IMG/VR virus record: IMGVR_UViG_3300030104_006883 | Location: 32,001-96,000 of that record | Length of the DNA: 64,000 nucleotides | Origin: a virus | Reading direction: 5' to 3' (one strand) | Shown: one piece after another, positions 54,401 through 64,000 of the stretch | How positions within the stretch are numbered: the first letter of the stretch is position 1 | How the letters are laid out: every line of letters starts with the position of its first letter | Notes under the pieces: generated by a model | The model's database searches: none | What the model saw: only the letters and a program-made list of their open reading frames with translations | Told to the model about the DNA's origin: nothing | Position numbers and translations under genes: made by a program

Positions 54401-57400
54401 TAGAAGAGAATACGGATGGCTTGGGAATGTTGTCAACTTACCAAATTCTGGAATTGGCAGAGGGTTCCCTGCGTCGACCGCTTCTTTTGTTTCTGTAGAA
54501 TACTTAGAGGATTCTAAAAAGCAGTTGCCAGAGATCCTGTATTCAGAAGACATGGTATCAATTTTATCTTTTGACGACGATAATCTTTATAGAGACCAAA
54601 AGCCGGTCGGATTTTTTACCTCTATAGAAAAAAACATGTACCAAGCTCTTTCTGAAGAGATTATGAACTTCTTTGCATCAATAAGAGATTATGGAGCACT
54701 AATTGGTCGAACTGAGGAAAGATACCGACAAGATTATAAGAGACTGTCGTTCCTGAAACAAATATTCTTTGAAAGACTTGGGAACACTCCGGACGTAGAC
54801 AGATTTGTTGAATACTTTAAATGGATAGACCAATCACTAGGCACAATGATAATGAATCTTGTTCCTGCATCTGCTAATATCAATAAGGGAATCAAGACGG
54901 TTATCGAAAGTCACGCTCTTGAAAGAAATAAGTACAGAAATAAATTTCCAACAATTGATTCTAAATTTGCTGAACCGGCATCATCGGGACAATTACAGCC
55001 AAACCTAGACACTACGAAGGTAAAGGTAAACTTAGCGATTCCAGACACGCTTGCTGGAAAATACCAAGATTTTATCGCAAAGCCAAATCCTTCTTTAGCA
55101 GGGCCTAAGCTCAATTCCCCACCGAGTACTGATCAAGATGTTCATATCTTATGGTGGAAGAACAAAGTCGACAAAACAAAGTTTGCGAAAACTGGCAACG
55201 CTGCACTAGATGTCATTAGACAGAAGTTATTTACGGTTTTTCAAAACAGTAACCAGGACTTACAAAACAAGCCATTTGTTTTTAGCACGAGTGTGAAAGC
55301 AAAAGAAATCGCTGGCGGTGCCAAGATGCCAGCGAACAAAAAAGGAATGTCTATAGCTTCAAAGATTTTATCTTTCGCGTCGAATAAGCAATTTGTAATT
55401 AATAATTCTAACGTGTCGGATCCGACAAAGACCTATATAGAAGAAATTATTCCAATAGAATTATTAACCAAGAGAAAGATAGTTGAGGTTAATATTGACA
55501 ACGAGCCAGATGCTTATCTTGTCAGCGGCAGCGACTCTGTTTTACCATTTGCTTTTTATAGTGCGAGCCATGAATATGACAGTGGAGCTTCGCTAGGCGG
55601 CTATTTGGCCTCTTTGGGCGTTTCTTTGAGTAATACGCAGATAAGTTTTGGCAATGATTTTTCAAATAATGAATTCGAAACCCCGCTGCAAGGGCCGTTC
55701 ACGGAAAGATTTGTAGGAGGGTATCAATATAGAAATGTCGCTCCTAATAAATTAGACGAAGCCGGGAATTTTAATACGGCGTACAATAGACCGGAAGGCT
55801 ATAATATAGTCCTTGCTTCAAATGAAATCACCGTTGTTCCCGTTGACAGTATTAATACAAATTTTGCTAGAGGTACTAGAATAAGACTACCTGGCGTTAA
55901 GAGGCCTGTCAACATCACAAACAGACCGTTTTATGCAACTAGTGGCTCTGTTATAAGTGGTAATTTAAATTTCACAAACCCAACAAGAACAGTTGGCAAT
56001 TTTGAAAGAAACTATGAATTAGTAATGACTACGGGCAGAGACACTAACAACCTATGGTTTAAGTCTGGCTCCACAGGAGCAGGCGGCGCTAGCAACCAGT
56101 ACGCTGAAGTTCTTACTTTAACTGGTAATTTGAACTTTGCTCTGCCGGATAGAGCCACTGGATCTAATAAGACTGTCATAGCAGAAAGATTCTCCGCACC
56201 AGGCAGTAAAGAAGTGTTGACAAGAGGGTTTTTAGACCCAGCGTCAGAGACGTACTCAGTTTATAACCAGTTGAATTATAGAAACTCGGTTGTCAGAACT
56301 AGTTTAAATGTTAGTGGAACTTTACATTCATTAGCATATGGTATACAAACTGGCAGCTTTGCCATTGGAGACGCGTATTCTTCTCTTGTTATGGCATCGT
56401 CTCACAAAGTAAATAGAAATGCTAGAAGAACAGTTTTTGTTACTGGAACAAGTTATTTTGCGCCAGTAATTTCAGTGGTAGTATCTGGCTCTAGATTTGA
56501 CAATGATAATGTAACGCATCAGATACCGCAGAGCGATAGAAATTATAATTGGATTACAGCGTCGATGCTTGATATAAACGGTGCTCCATATGGATTTGCT
56601 AACGCTGCTGGTTTTGTATCAAGTGCTGCTGGCGAGGTGTCTGAGTTTAAATTCTTAAGCGCAAGTCAAACATCAGTTAATAGTCATGTTGTAGATTTTG
56701 TTGGATTAAATACACTTATAAACGCACCATTACTAACTGGAACAAACGCTGTGAGTACGGCGTCCTTAAATACTTCTATCGCTTCATTAAGCTCGGCGGA
56801 TCTTTTAAATGCTCTACTTCTTCATCAGAACGGACCTTATGGGTTTGTTAGTTGGAAACAAATCAATAATTCAACCAACCCGCTGGTAAGGAACATGGTA
56901 AAGAATAATAGAATTTCTACCTTTACAGCGATGAATGATTTCTTCACTAAATCAAAATATAAGTGGTCGGGCGCTTCTGGAAAAGAAAAAGTATCCCACA
57001 ATAGCGCGACTAATGTGCGACGATTGTCTTCTTTTACAGAGCCGCCTGTTATTACTAGCTTCAAGCCAATTACACACAAGGTTGCTACAAAAGACTACGA
57101 TGGGAATAAGGCTAATTTTGATATCAAACATAGCTACGCCAATAATCTATCCAAATTCGCTTCGCCTGACTTAAACAACTCACTGGGCGCAGAAAGTAAT
57201 AAGCCAACACAGGCTTATGATAAATTATATAAAATATATACAAATAAAGAACTTGGAGAGGATAATCCGATTTCTGATTTGTTATCGCTTGAATATAAAG
57301 AAAATGTATATCCTCGATCTGTCAACGCCTATCTCGGCAAGTCTAGAGGGCGACAAAACTATACAGAGGTGCCGGGAACAGGACAGAATGGTTTCGATCG

Positions 57401-60113
57401 CAGAGAACATAGAACGTTTTGGCGAGATTCTCTTTTTGCGAGAGAAAGAACAGCAGCAACGGCGGTAAACTCTCAAGGATATACAATCTACAACAACCAA
57501 AGTAGAACACTTAGTGTTTGGCCTGTAGACTGCGGGGACGTATCTGAGATAGCCGGTCTATATGGCTTTCCTATTGATCTTACTGATTTGAACGGCGCGG
57601 TAGGTGAGCTTACTCACTATCCGTTCGTCAATCCCACGGGCTCTGTCACTGATGGCATCTTCCCTTCAGGCTTCTACGCCCCAATGTATGGGTATCACGT
57701 ATCGGCCTCCGCTGCGATGCATAGAAGAGCAATAAACCACAAGGTATATGCAGACACATATATCAGACCCCCAGTGTATCGCACAAATATACTTGCGGGC
57801 AAGAATCCTTGGTTTGATAGTTATGAAGACTATTCGGAAGATATAAGAAGGATAGCAAAAGACTACACTGTGCTGCCCGAATTTAGAATATCGGACCACA
57901 TGGACTTCTATCTAAATAATCAGACGGCATCTTTTGTTGGAACAAATAATAAATTCCTTAGTCTTGACGGAACAGCACACACCTCTAGCGCTCAAGGAGA
58001 GTTCGCTGAATTTGACGAAAGTTTTTTCAATGTTTATTCTAATTCTGACTTTATGAAATACTTTGATGTCATTCAAGAGGATCATGTCGGAGAGGAAATA
58101 GGTAAGCCGAGTAAAATTAAAATGACTTGTAGGGGAGTTAAAAAACTATTGCCATATAACGGATTTTATCCGACAACCAGAACACTTCAATTGGCTTCTC
58201 TACTCTCGCAGTCACTTGGGCCTTTCCTAAGCGGCTCGACTGAAAACTTAAACAATCCCGATACAGAGAGGTTAAACGCTGTTAACCGTCTTTTTGTGGC
58301 ACCTGGCTTGTTATTTAATAGTATCAAATCAGCAGTCGCGGTGGATTTTCCTTACTATACTTCTGCTGTGTCGGGCACAACCGCGTACCCTGGAGGATCG
58401 ACGGCAATTCAACAGCAGCTTCTTGGATATGAAACTCCGTATGATATGAGGCTACCATTTGAGGCGCTGGTAGATATCACTAAACACTTGCCCCCTACAA
58501 TTAAAGAGGTCACAGCGTGGGACTCCCTTACTTCGTTTCAGACAAACCTTTTCTTAGGCGAGCCAACTGCTACCGGTTCACATCCTTATGTAAACTGGAT
58601 GTTCGAAAAGAAACCTAATTTTGAGCTAGCCATGCATAACTTTCTGGGAGAGACGGTTAAGTTTTTCTTAAAAAATGAAAGTCTTACCAATTTCTATTCC
58701 GCACAACAGAGCCAGTTTAAAACTATGAAATCTGGTTCGACATATGGCCTGAGAGTAAATATGTTTAAGTCAAACGGCATGACGCTAACAGAGAATGTTG
58801 ATGCAAATCCTTCAAGGGGTCGAGCACGAGGAGCAATATACGGACCTCCCATGTCAAGTAGTTATTGGGCGTCGAAGAGCCATCCTAGCCTGAGCGGTTT
58901 TGACGATCCAGCGTATGCACCTCACACGCCACCCTACTTTTATGGTTTAGCACAAGCAAGTCTTAGCTTCGAGTGTTCTGAAACTAAAAAATATACTCTA
59001 CAAGAAATTTTGGCTGGACTAACTGTCTCTTACGCAAATGCACATCCTGGTTTGGTGCTAAATTGCTCAGCCTCTCTTAACAAGATGGAAGTTAGCTCTT
59101 CTATGAATTTGTTCGGAACTACAAGGGTGCAAAAAGTAAACTACTCAACAGGCCTTGGCCCTGAAGGTAATTACTTGCCAAGCTCTTTTGAGACTCCCGC
59201 TGACGACGCTTTTGATGTTTGGTCTATCGGAACTAAATGGGAATGCCCTGCATTGAACTTTAGCGCGTCGCACACTTCAACAGAAGGCGTAGGGATTTGG
59301 GCTGGGTATGGAACTATTCCGGACGAGACGACAGGAGTTTACACCGGACTGTCAAACGTTTCTGAGCAAGAGTCTTTACTGGAAGTGGTAGGGTTCCAAA
59401 CTACGAGAGAAAAGATCGGTAAAATTGCAGACGCTAAAGAAATATCCGAAGGTGTTGTTGCCATACCTTTTGTTGACAGTCCTGATTTAACTGATCTAGA
59501 GACAGTCGAATACCTTGGTAAGTCGTTCTTTAAGATAGATAGTGACACATATAAATACCAAACAGAGCTTAAAGAGGCAAAAGGCATTGCAGTGGAAAAG
59601 GCTAGCACGGAGGATGGAGCAGACAACGTACAACAAACCAGCATCACGGATATGTACGAAAAGATGCACAAATATGTAATCCCGCCACAACTTGATTTTA
59701 CTGATAAAGATTTAAATAAATCTCCGTTTGTGATGTATATCTTTGATTTTAACCACACATTAGACCAGAAAGACTTGGCTGATATTTGGCAAGGAGTCAT
59801 GCCAAAAATTTCAATAACAGCAGAGAAGCAGGATATTACTATTGAACATGCCATGAGCAAACACGAGTTCTTTGGAGGAATGCCATTGCCGCCGGAAACA
59901 AGGTGGATGGTGTTTAAAGTTAAGAAGAGAGCAGAGAATAACTACTTTAAAGTTACCGCCGATTCTAAAGATGACGATAGGTTCAAGTTCCTATTCAAGT
60001 CGTCAGAAAAAGATTATAAACATAGTTATAATTGGCCATATGATTTCTTCTCTTTGGTTGAGTTAGGACAGATAGAGGCCGCTGTAGAAATTGAGGGAGA
60101 CAAAAAAGAATGA
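51423..60113 (+). CDS. giant 2,896-aa structural protein with N-terminal LamG domain
   Basis: TVEFWLRK, WHHYALSF, LYVDG, GSLDEFRFWRKERT, YYKFNEG; S/T/G/A/N-rich middle. Confidence 0.75.
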   Translation: MSLKDLFKKEKFSQVLTKKSKKDLEQEVESSAFVPTYLKKSNRVLPQVDYSDPKNFARYGLASRYYRDSIERIYKEYPYDGSLREKMEWDESSLLIDKYIFEEHYPRTNGYINFLGSREMSTVAGNFTSFTHPYAYNDYAQYIFLKGGPHPSKLRGTETLSGELVPSSSINSLPNYYDSNINRTSNLEFNGTDGVTVEFWLRKDSYQTASESPTQTVFDLWSSGSWGADVAGQPGYGRLKVVSCVDPVASGSSLYISLMSGSGQYTQGVFDPQPATIGGETLISIGTDVPVTSSTWHHYALSFANTGSNMRARLYVDGALNQEIVTGSSISSITGTMVAQLGALITSPSGSHAATQGYGALSGSLDEFRFWRKERTPEQIGRYWKRQIGGGTNTDDVKYYYSGSVDEGNAVELGFYYKFNEGITQTASVDSNILDYSGRVTNGTWTGYSNSSALLTDMRSTNSAIVEASASAAEFKDPIIYERHPDVQSLLETKIKEGELHDLTNNASIFNSFPSWIREETEDNPTLEQLSQIMGSYFDELHIMIEDVNKVKDIRYVSGSLSDVNKESSIAKNLLSGVGFDTPELFVDAEVIEKFLQMGDDRTYSQSIDDIKNLIYKNIYNNLTHIMKSKGTVKSLRNLMHCFGVSEDLIKINTFADNMTFAVKDEYYDSTIKKTFLDFSSLDASSAAVYQQTSSLITDSTAYLSASGYPAAQQESDGFGSTFESEVLFPYLPDQDTVEFKGNYPLTSSIFGAHSARLTAPADTTWQDDSGEDYFFEVRSVKSVKDTRHSYFQLASPLLSTGFLETEVFYDVYDNSNWTFAVKVAPSKYPQSTLDNRTVGTADTYVVEFYGVNNVQDIIKNEFHHTETISNTLGKNFMSSAKRLFAGASVANFTGSVNFYSDVKISSVKAWMSHLTNEEIKSHAIDAGNYGTRQPANNAFVFQTGSTSNDGSTNVFIPKIKTLALDWDFGLVTGSDAAGAFAAYDITSGSSDLRREYGWLGNVVNLPNSGIGRGFPASTASFVSVEYLEDSKKQLPEILYSEDMVSILSFDDDNLYRDQKPVGFFTSIEKNMYQALSEEIMNFFASIRDYGALIGRTEERYRQDYKRLSFLKQIFFERLGNTPDVDRFVEYFKWIDQSLGTMIMNLVPASANINKGIKTVIESHALERNKYRNKFPTIDSKFAEPASSGQLQPNLDTTKVKVNLAIPDTLAGKYQDFIAKPNPSLAGPKLNSPPSTDQDVHILWWKNKVDKTKFAKTGNAALDVIRQKLFTVFQNSNQDLQNKPFVFSTSVKAKEIAGGAKMPANKKGMSIASKILSFASNKQFVINNSNVSDPTKTYIEEIIPIELLTKRKIVEVNIDNEPDAYLVSGSDSVLPFAFYSASHEYDSGASLGGYLASLGVSLSNTQISFGNDFSNNEFETPLQGPFTERFVGGYQYRNVAPNKLDEAGNFNTAYNRPEGYNIVLASNEITVVPVDSINTNFARGTRIRLPGVKRPVNITNRPFYATSGSVISGNLNFTNPTRTVGNFERNYELVMTTGRDTNNLWFKSGSTGAGGASNQYAEVLTLTGNLNFALPDRATGSNKTVIAERFSAPGSKEVLTRGFLDPASETYSVYNQLNYRNSVVRTSLNVSGTLHSLAYGIQTGSFAIGDAYSSLVMASSHKVNRNARRTVFVTGTSYFAPVISVVVSGSRFDNDNVTHQIPQSDRNYNWITASMLDINGAPYGFANAAGFVSSAAGEVSEFKFLSASQTSVNSHVVDFVGLNTLINAPLLTGTNAVSTASLNTSIASLSSADLLNALLLHQNGPYGFVSWKQINNSTNPLVRNMVKNNRISTFTAMNDFFTKSKYKWSGASGKEKVSHNSATNVRRLSSFTEPPVITSFKPITHKVATKDYDGNKANFDIKHSYANNLSKFASPDLNNSLGAESNKPTQAYDKLYKIYTNKELGEDNPISDLLSLEYKENVYPRSVNAYLGKSRGRQNYTEVPGTGQNGFDRREHRTFWRDSLFARERTAATAVNSQGYTIYNNQSRTLSVWPVDCGDVSEIAGLYGFPIDLTDLNGAVGELTHYPFVNPTGSVTDGIFPSGFYAPMYGYHVSASAAMHRRAINHKVYADTYIRPPVYRTNILAGKNPWFDSYEDYSEDIRRIAKDYTVLPEFRISDHMDFYLNNQTASFVGTNNKFLSLDGTAHTSSAQGEFAEFDESFFNVYSNSDFMKYFDVIQEDHVGEEIGKPSKIKMTCRGVKKLLPYNGFYPTTRTLQLASLLSQSLGPFLSGSTENLNNPDTERLNAVNRLFVAPGLLFNSIKSAVAVDFPYYTSAVSGTTAYPGGSTAIQQQLLGYETPYDMRLPFEALVDITKHLPPTIKEVTAWDSLTSFQTNLFLGEPTATGSHPYVNWMFEKKPNFELAMHNFLGETVKFFLKNESLTNFYSAQQSQFKTMKSGSTYGLRVNMFKSNGMTLTENVDANPSRGRARGAIYGPPMSSSYWASKSHPSLSGFDDPAYAPHTPPYFYGLAQASLSFECSETKKYTLQEILAGLTVSYANAHPGLVLNCSASLNKMEVSSSMNLFGTTRVQKVNYSTGLGPEGNYLPSSFETPADDAFDVWSIGTKWECPALNFSASHTSTEGVGIWAGYGTIPDETTGVYTGLSNVSEQESLLEVVGFQTTREKIGKIADAKEISEGVVAIPFVDSPDLTDLETVEYLGKSFFKIDSDTYKYQTELKEAKGIAVEKASTEDGADNVQQTSITDMYEKMHKYVIPPQLDFTDKDLNKSPFVMYIFDFNHTLDQKDLADIWQGVMPKISITAEKQDITIEHAMSKHEFFGGMPLPPETRWMVFKVKKRAENNYFKVTADSKDDDRFKFLFKSSEKDYKHSYNWPYDFFSLVELGQIEAAVEIEGDKKE

Positions 60114-61918
60114 CATTCTTCAATAGAAAAGAAGAAGTTATAGATATTGAACTAACTCAATATGGCAAACTACTATTGTCTAAAGGAAAGTTCAAGCCAA
60201 AGAAGTACGCTTTTTTTGATGATGACATCGTTTACGATGCACAATACGCAACTCCAACAGATAGAACAAGTGTTGCGGGCGCTGTAGAAGAAAATCAAAA
60301 TGATATTTCTACTAGAATCAAAGAATCCGTTAGGAGCCATGCTCAACATAACTATGGAGATGCTTACAACTTAGGGGAGATAGAAGAGGCGGAAGAAAGT
60401 GTTCTAATGAGCACTTCGGTAAAAAACTTTAAAGGTATAGAATATGAATTGGTTTCAACTGATGCCGAGCTTGTATTGATGACTAAGACATTTGAATATT
60501 CGGATTACACGAAATACTTCCCCGCAGGACAGCAACAGTTGTGGATAGCCTGGATGATGAACAAAATCAATAAAATATTTTTAGGCCAAAAGAAGACGTA
60601 TTCAACACAATTGAAGTCTTACTCGCAATTTAAAATAGAAGTAGATGCCAATGCCCTTAACCCAGACGACAACACTCTGAGTCCAAAAATAACTCTCATC
60701 AAATATTATCCATATACCGAGACAAGCAAAAAGGCTTTTCCTACTTATGAGACGAGTTTTGAAACCATGGAGTTTGGAAAAAGTAGAACAGTGTTTGATC
60801 ATGATCTTTACTATGAAGGCCTCCCGCTGGGATCGATGGAACTTAAAAATCAAAAAATGCCAGCGTGGGACATTCTGTCTCTAAATGACAAAGAAATAAA
60901 TTTAAGATCTCTAACGTTAGATTTGTTTAGCTCTCCACCTGGCAACAAGCCGCTGGACAACTTTAACACAAAATATTATACTTATGGAAATCTTCCAATA
61001 CCACAAATTAGTGCTGACATAAAAGTTAGAACTATACTGGACGATGACAAGACTATAAACCTTCTTGAAGAAGATATAGTAGAGTCGCAACGCCTAATAG
61101 ACGGGCTTACTTTAAGAGTTAAGAACGATTATCTTTTACTAATAGTGGATGAAAAAAATACTTATTTTGAAAATGAAAATTTTGATATTGAAGTTTTTGA
61201 AATGCAAAACAACTCAAAGCCAGCGACCGCAACTTTTGTTGTGAGCGCGGTTGGCAGCATCTCTAATGGACAAACCCTTAAATTTACCACATACGATGGC
61301 GCACTATACAGCGCAGCCGTAGACACATCGGTGACTAAAGACAACTCAACTGCGACTGTGATAGGCACAAGCGGCGTCTCTACAGATGCGGACTTGGCAG
61401 AATCTATTAGCAACAGCATTAATTCTTTTAATAAAACACAATACACGGTGGTAGATGGAGTTGAGGCCACTTTCAATGAAATAGGGTCCACCGGAGATCA
61501 GCAGTTTGTACTGCAACAAGCTGGGTTTACCGAGGTTTACACTAAAGAACATGCTGTACAGGGGACTTTATTTACTGACGGCGTTTTGACATCTCTTGTT
61601 AATTGGGACGAAGATCCTGCATCTAAAACTCTAAAAAGGCTGTATTTTTCTAAGGACGCGACCAACATGGAATCGGGGATGCTATACTCTCCTGAAGAAG
61701 CCACTGCTGTCTCTGCCACGCCGGTAAGTGATACCCACGTAGCATATTATTTAAATGTTCTTGTAGATGAAGAGATTGATAGTCAATTGTTCAACAAGTA
61801 TCAAGATAAACTCAAAAACATGAGAGTTGACAAGTTGCTAAAACCCGAAGTACAAACAAATCCCAACAACTTTAATATTTACGGAGATGATACGGAAGAT
61901 CCGGGGAGTATTTGTTAA
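60110..61918 (+). CDS. structural protein, possible tail-fibre/baseplate attachment
   Basis: N-terminal ELTQYGKLLLSKG...YAFFDD resembles the LTxxG tail-collar/fibre start; low-complexity T/S/V segment. Confidence 0.45.
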   Translation: MTFFNRKEEVIDIELTQYGKLLLSKGKFKPKKYAFFDDDIVYDAQYATPTDRTSVAGAVEENQNDISTRIKESVRSHAQHNYGDAYNLGEIEEAEESVLMSTSVKNFKGIEYELVSTDAELVLMTKTFEYSDYTKYFPAGQQQLWIAWMMNKINKIFLGQKKTYSTQLKSYSQFKIEVDANALNPDDNTLSPKITLIKYYPYTETSKKAFPTYETSFETMEFGKSRTVFDHDLYYEGLPLGSMELKNQKMPAWDILSLNDKEINLRSLTLDLFSSPPGNKPLDNFNTKYYTYGNLPIPQISADIKVRTILDDDKTINLLEEDIVESQRLIDGLTLRVKNDYLLLIVDEKNTYFENENFDIEVFEMQNNSKPATATFVVSAVGSISNGQTLKFTTYDGALYSAAVDTSVTKDNSTATVIGTSGVSTDADLAESISNSINSFNKTQYTVVDGVEATFNEIGSTGDQQFVLQQAGFTEVYTKEHAVQGTLFTDGVLTSLVNWDEDPASKTLKRLYFSKDATNMESGMLYSPEEATAVSATPVSDTHVAYYLNVLVDEEIDSQLFNKYQDKLKNMRVDKLLKPEVQTNPNNFNIYGDDTEDPGSIC

Positions 61919-64000
61919 TGGCTGTAATGCAAACGGCAGGATCTGGACCTTTTCCAGAGATGGGAGTCAAAGAGATATGCTTGTTTTCACTTGGACAACA
62001 AACTAAGGTCAAGCTTAAAGTTGTGTTAAAAGACAGAGGGGACAAGTTTGTTAAATGGTTCACAAAGTCCTCCAAAAAAAATCTATATTTAAAAGTTGTA
62101 CAGACAACTGATAATGATGCTCTGTCTGAAATTATGACCGAAAAGACTTTTGTATCCAGTCAGGAACTAAAACAAATAACCACAAAAACAAAGACTGAGC
62201 AGATTTTAAACATCGGATCAGAACTAGCGGATATGGGCCTCAAGTTCAATGTCACGCAACTTCAAAAATTCTTTGTAAGACAAGAAGCTGGAGGTAAGCT
62301 CTACGAGATTCCGTTAGAGCTTGAATTCCTTGTAAACACTACAACCCCCGAAGATCTATGCTATGTTTTAATTCCAAAAATAACAGGCAAGACTTTTAGT
62401 GACAGCAACACCGGCCTGTACTCAAGTAGTAACCAACTAAACTCTTTGATAAAAAAAGAGGTTGTTTTTGATGGCGGCGCGCTTACGAAAGATTCTAAAG
62501 TCTATTTGATGAACCAAGGCGAAAAAGGAATACCCGTAGCTTGGACAGGGGCAGTTCATTTTATGGGCGAGAACAGCACTTCACCAATGACTGGGCTATA
62601 TCATACGGGACAAAATAAATATTTAAGCGTGGGCACGGTTCCAAATACAAAGATAAAAGACTTTAGAGTCTTGAAGCATGTCTCGAACATAAACTTTTCA
62701 AAGCCTATGCCTGCGAGTGAAACCTTTAAGCCTGCTATTTTTTCTAAAATTTATCTTTCAAGGACTTACTACGATACAACGACTGGTTACTTTTCGGTCA
62801 ACGTAAACAACTTACTAAAAAAATACATATCCTTTTCAAAGCATTTCAATGATTCGGGCCTGAACTTAAAAGACTTCGCGTCATTTAAATCTTTTAAGCT
62901 CGTCAGAAGAAAGGTACAAATAATAGACGGAGAGACAATTCCTGTTGGGCCGAAAGAGGTTGTTAGAGAATTTAAAAATCCTGATAAAGCATTAACTACG
63001 GGTGCAGAGGACAATAAGTTCTCCTCGGTGGGAAATACTTTTAATGATAAAAGGTCTAATAGCTTAGTAAAAATGTTTGACTTTCACGACGAACTAGACC
63101 AATCAGAGGGCGCAAAATATCAATATGGTATTGAAGGCACTGTTGTAGACTTGACAAGCATCAAAGCAAACGCTTTAGTAAAGCAATTGTCAAAAAGATC
63201 TAAGGAGCTTGAAACTTACAAAGTAAACGCTGAAAAGAATTATAATTCCGATTCTGGGTGCTACACCACAAGTTTTATAAATGCCAATCTAAACAACAAA
63301 GTTGTTCATGGATCTATCAAAGACTTGGTAACAGTCTTGACAATTGGCAATGGACCGTTGGATATTTCTAGTACGGTGAGATTTTTTGTAAATATGACGT
63401 CTCCTGTTTCGGGAGATCCGGAGGGAATAACGGCGCTGATTAAGGCTATAAACGAAACAGCAAGCCGATTACAGAACTATTCGAGCGCATACGTCTCTAA
63501 AAAGCCTGGTACAACGTCCGGCAGTTCGACTAAAGCAAACAACAAGTCACCAAAAAATGTGAAAGAAATTAGCTTTTCTCATTATTTTAAAGATGTTATT
63601 AATGCCGATTCCACATATTATGGTTATGAATTCTTATCTTCGGCTAACAAGCTTGCCAACCTGACAGCGCAGCCTAGCGTATCGCCGATAAGATATATGC
63701 CTAGTCGTGACGTGAAGAGGCAAGAGTTTTTGGATAGGGTCGAACTAGAAACAAATAAGTATTTTATACCGGATGCCGCGAGCGACGCCGGGAACTTTTC
63801 AAGCACCCTTATACCCCTGGCTGGCGGCTCTAGCGTAAACCCGGATGATTCTATTGAAAATACGAAATATTCTTTCTTGACTCCTGCTGTGATAAAAATG
63901 GCACAAATTAAAGTTAAGCAGAAAGAAACGCCCGGAGGAGAAAAAAAGAATCTTGCTCTCATCTATAATTCATATGACGATAAGCCTGCTTTTGACAATT
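61918..64000 (+). CDS. large hypothetical structural protein, partial (runs off the window end); not in the ORF track
   Basis: ATG 61918 overlaps TAA of the previous gene; every segment spot-translated was open (MAVMQTAG..., WTGAVHFMGE..., ...DKPAFDN) and the absence from the track fits no stop before 64000. Confidence 0.8.
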   Translation, partial: MAVMQTAGSGPFPEMGVKEICLFSLGQQTKVKLKVVLKDRGDKFVKWFTKSSKKNLYLKVVQTTDNDALSEIMTEKTFVSSQELKQITTKTKTEQILNIGSELADMGLKFNVTQLQKFFVRQEAGGKLYEIPLELEFLVNTTTPEDLCYVLIPKITGKTFSDSNTGLYSSSNQLNSLIKKEVVFDGGALTKDSKVYLMNQGEKGIPVAWTGAVHFMGENSTSPMTGLYHTGQNKYLSVGTVPNTKIKDFRVLKHVSNINFSKPMPASETFKPAIFSKIYLSRTYYDTTTGYFSVNVNNLLKKYISFSKHFNDSGLNLKDFASFKSFKLVRRKVQIIDGETIPVGPKEVVREFKNPDKALTTGAEDNKFSSVGNTFNDKRSNSLVKMFDFHDELDQSEGAKYQYGIEGTVVDLTSIKANALVKQLSKRSKELETYKVNAEKNYNSDSGCYTTSFINANLNNKVVHGSIKDLVTVLTIGNGPLDISSTVRFFVNMTSPVSGDPEGITALIKAINETASRLQNYSSAYVSKKPGTTSGSSTKANNKSPKNVKEISFSHYFKDVINADSTYYGYEFLSSANKLANLTAQPSVSPIRYMPSRDVKRQEFLDRVELETNKYFIPDAASDAGNFSSTLIPLAGGSSVNPDDSIENTKYSFLTPAVIKMAQIKVKQKETPGGEKKNLALIYNSYDDKPAFDN

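Noticed and set aside
1-64000. Eukaryotic giant virus origin
   Set aside because: Shine-Dalgarno motifs, sigma70 promoters, overlapping operons and gp25/gp6-like genes indicate a bacteriophage
1-64000. Stop-codon recoding, introns, inteins or a diversity-generating retroelement
   Set aside because: Recognised genes are full length in the standard code and end in TAA, TAG and TGA; the only tRNA is Thr; no reverse transcriptase, homing endonuclease or Hint motif noticed

Overview
A 64-kb segment of a large lytic-type tailed phage (jumbo myovirus-like), inferred from Shine-Dalgarno sites, sigma70-type promoters, a T4 gp55-like sigma factor and gp25/gp6-like baseplate genes. Almost everything is on the + strand with tight start/stop overlaps in the standard code. 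There are three modules. (1) 1-8.5 kb is an accessory block: partial J-domain gene, ClpP, tRNA-Thr(UGU), esterase, SpoU RNA methyltransferase, YkuK-type RNase H, LamG protein, trypsin-like protease, PIN-PhoH, HEXXH protease and a Cas4/RecB-like nuclease. (2) 8.5-34.2 kb is a continuous ~26-kb glycan cluster of about 30 genes: six glycosyltransferases, NDP-sugar dehydratases/epimerases, a ColD-like dehydratase, a TPP E1 alpha/beta pair, split HldE heptose enzymes, methyl/acetyl/amino transferases and NadE, with no flippase, polymerase or lipid-carrier transferase. (3) 34.2-64 kb holds the late sigma factor followed by tail/baseplate genes, including two ~2,900-aa proteins. The best candidate for an undescribed system is a phage-encoded cytoplasmic glycosylation pathway that may make a GDP-linked branched 3,6-dideoxy sugar, L-galactose and heptose, probably for virion proteins. 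A recurring (A/C)CTA-D-TTA-Y late-promoter motif and a hairpin/promoter junction at the early-to-late boundary are also visible. All protein calls come from motif recognition by eye, not from database searches.
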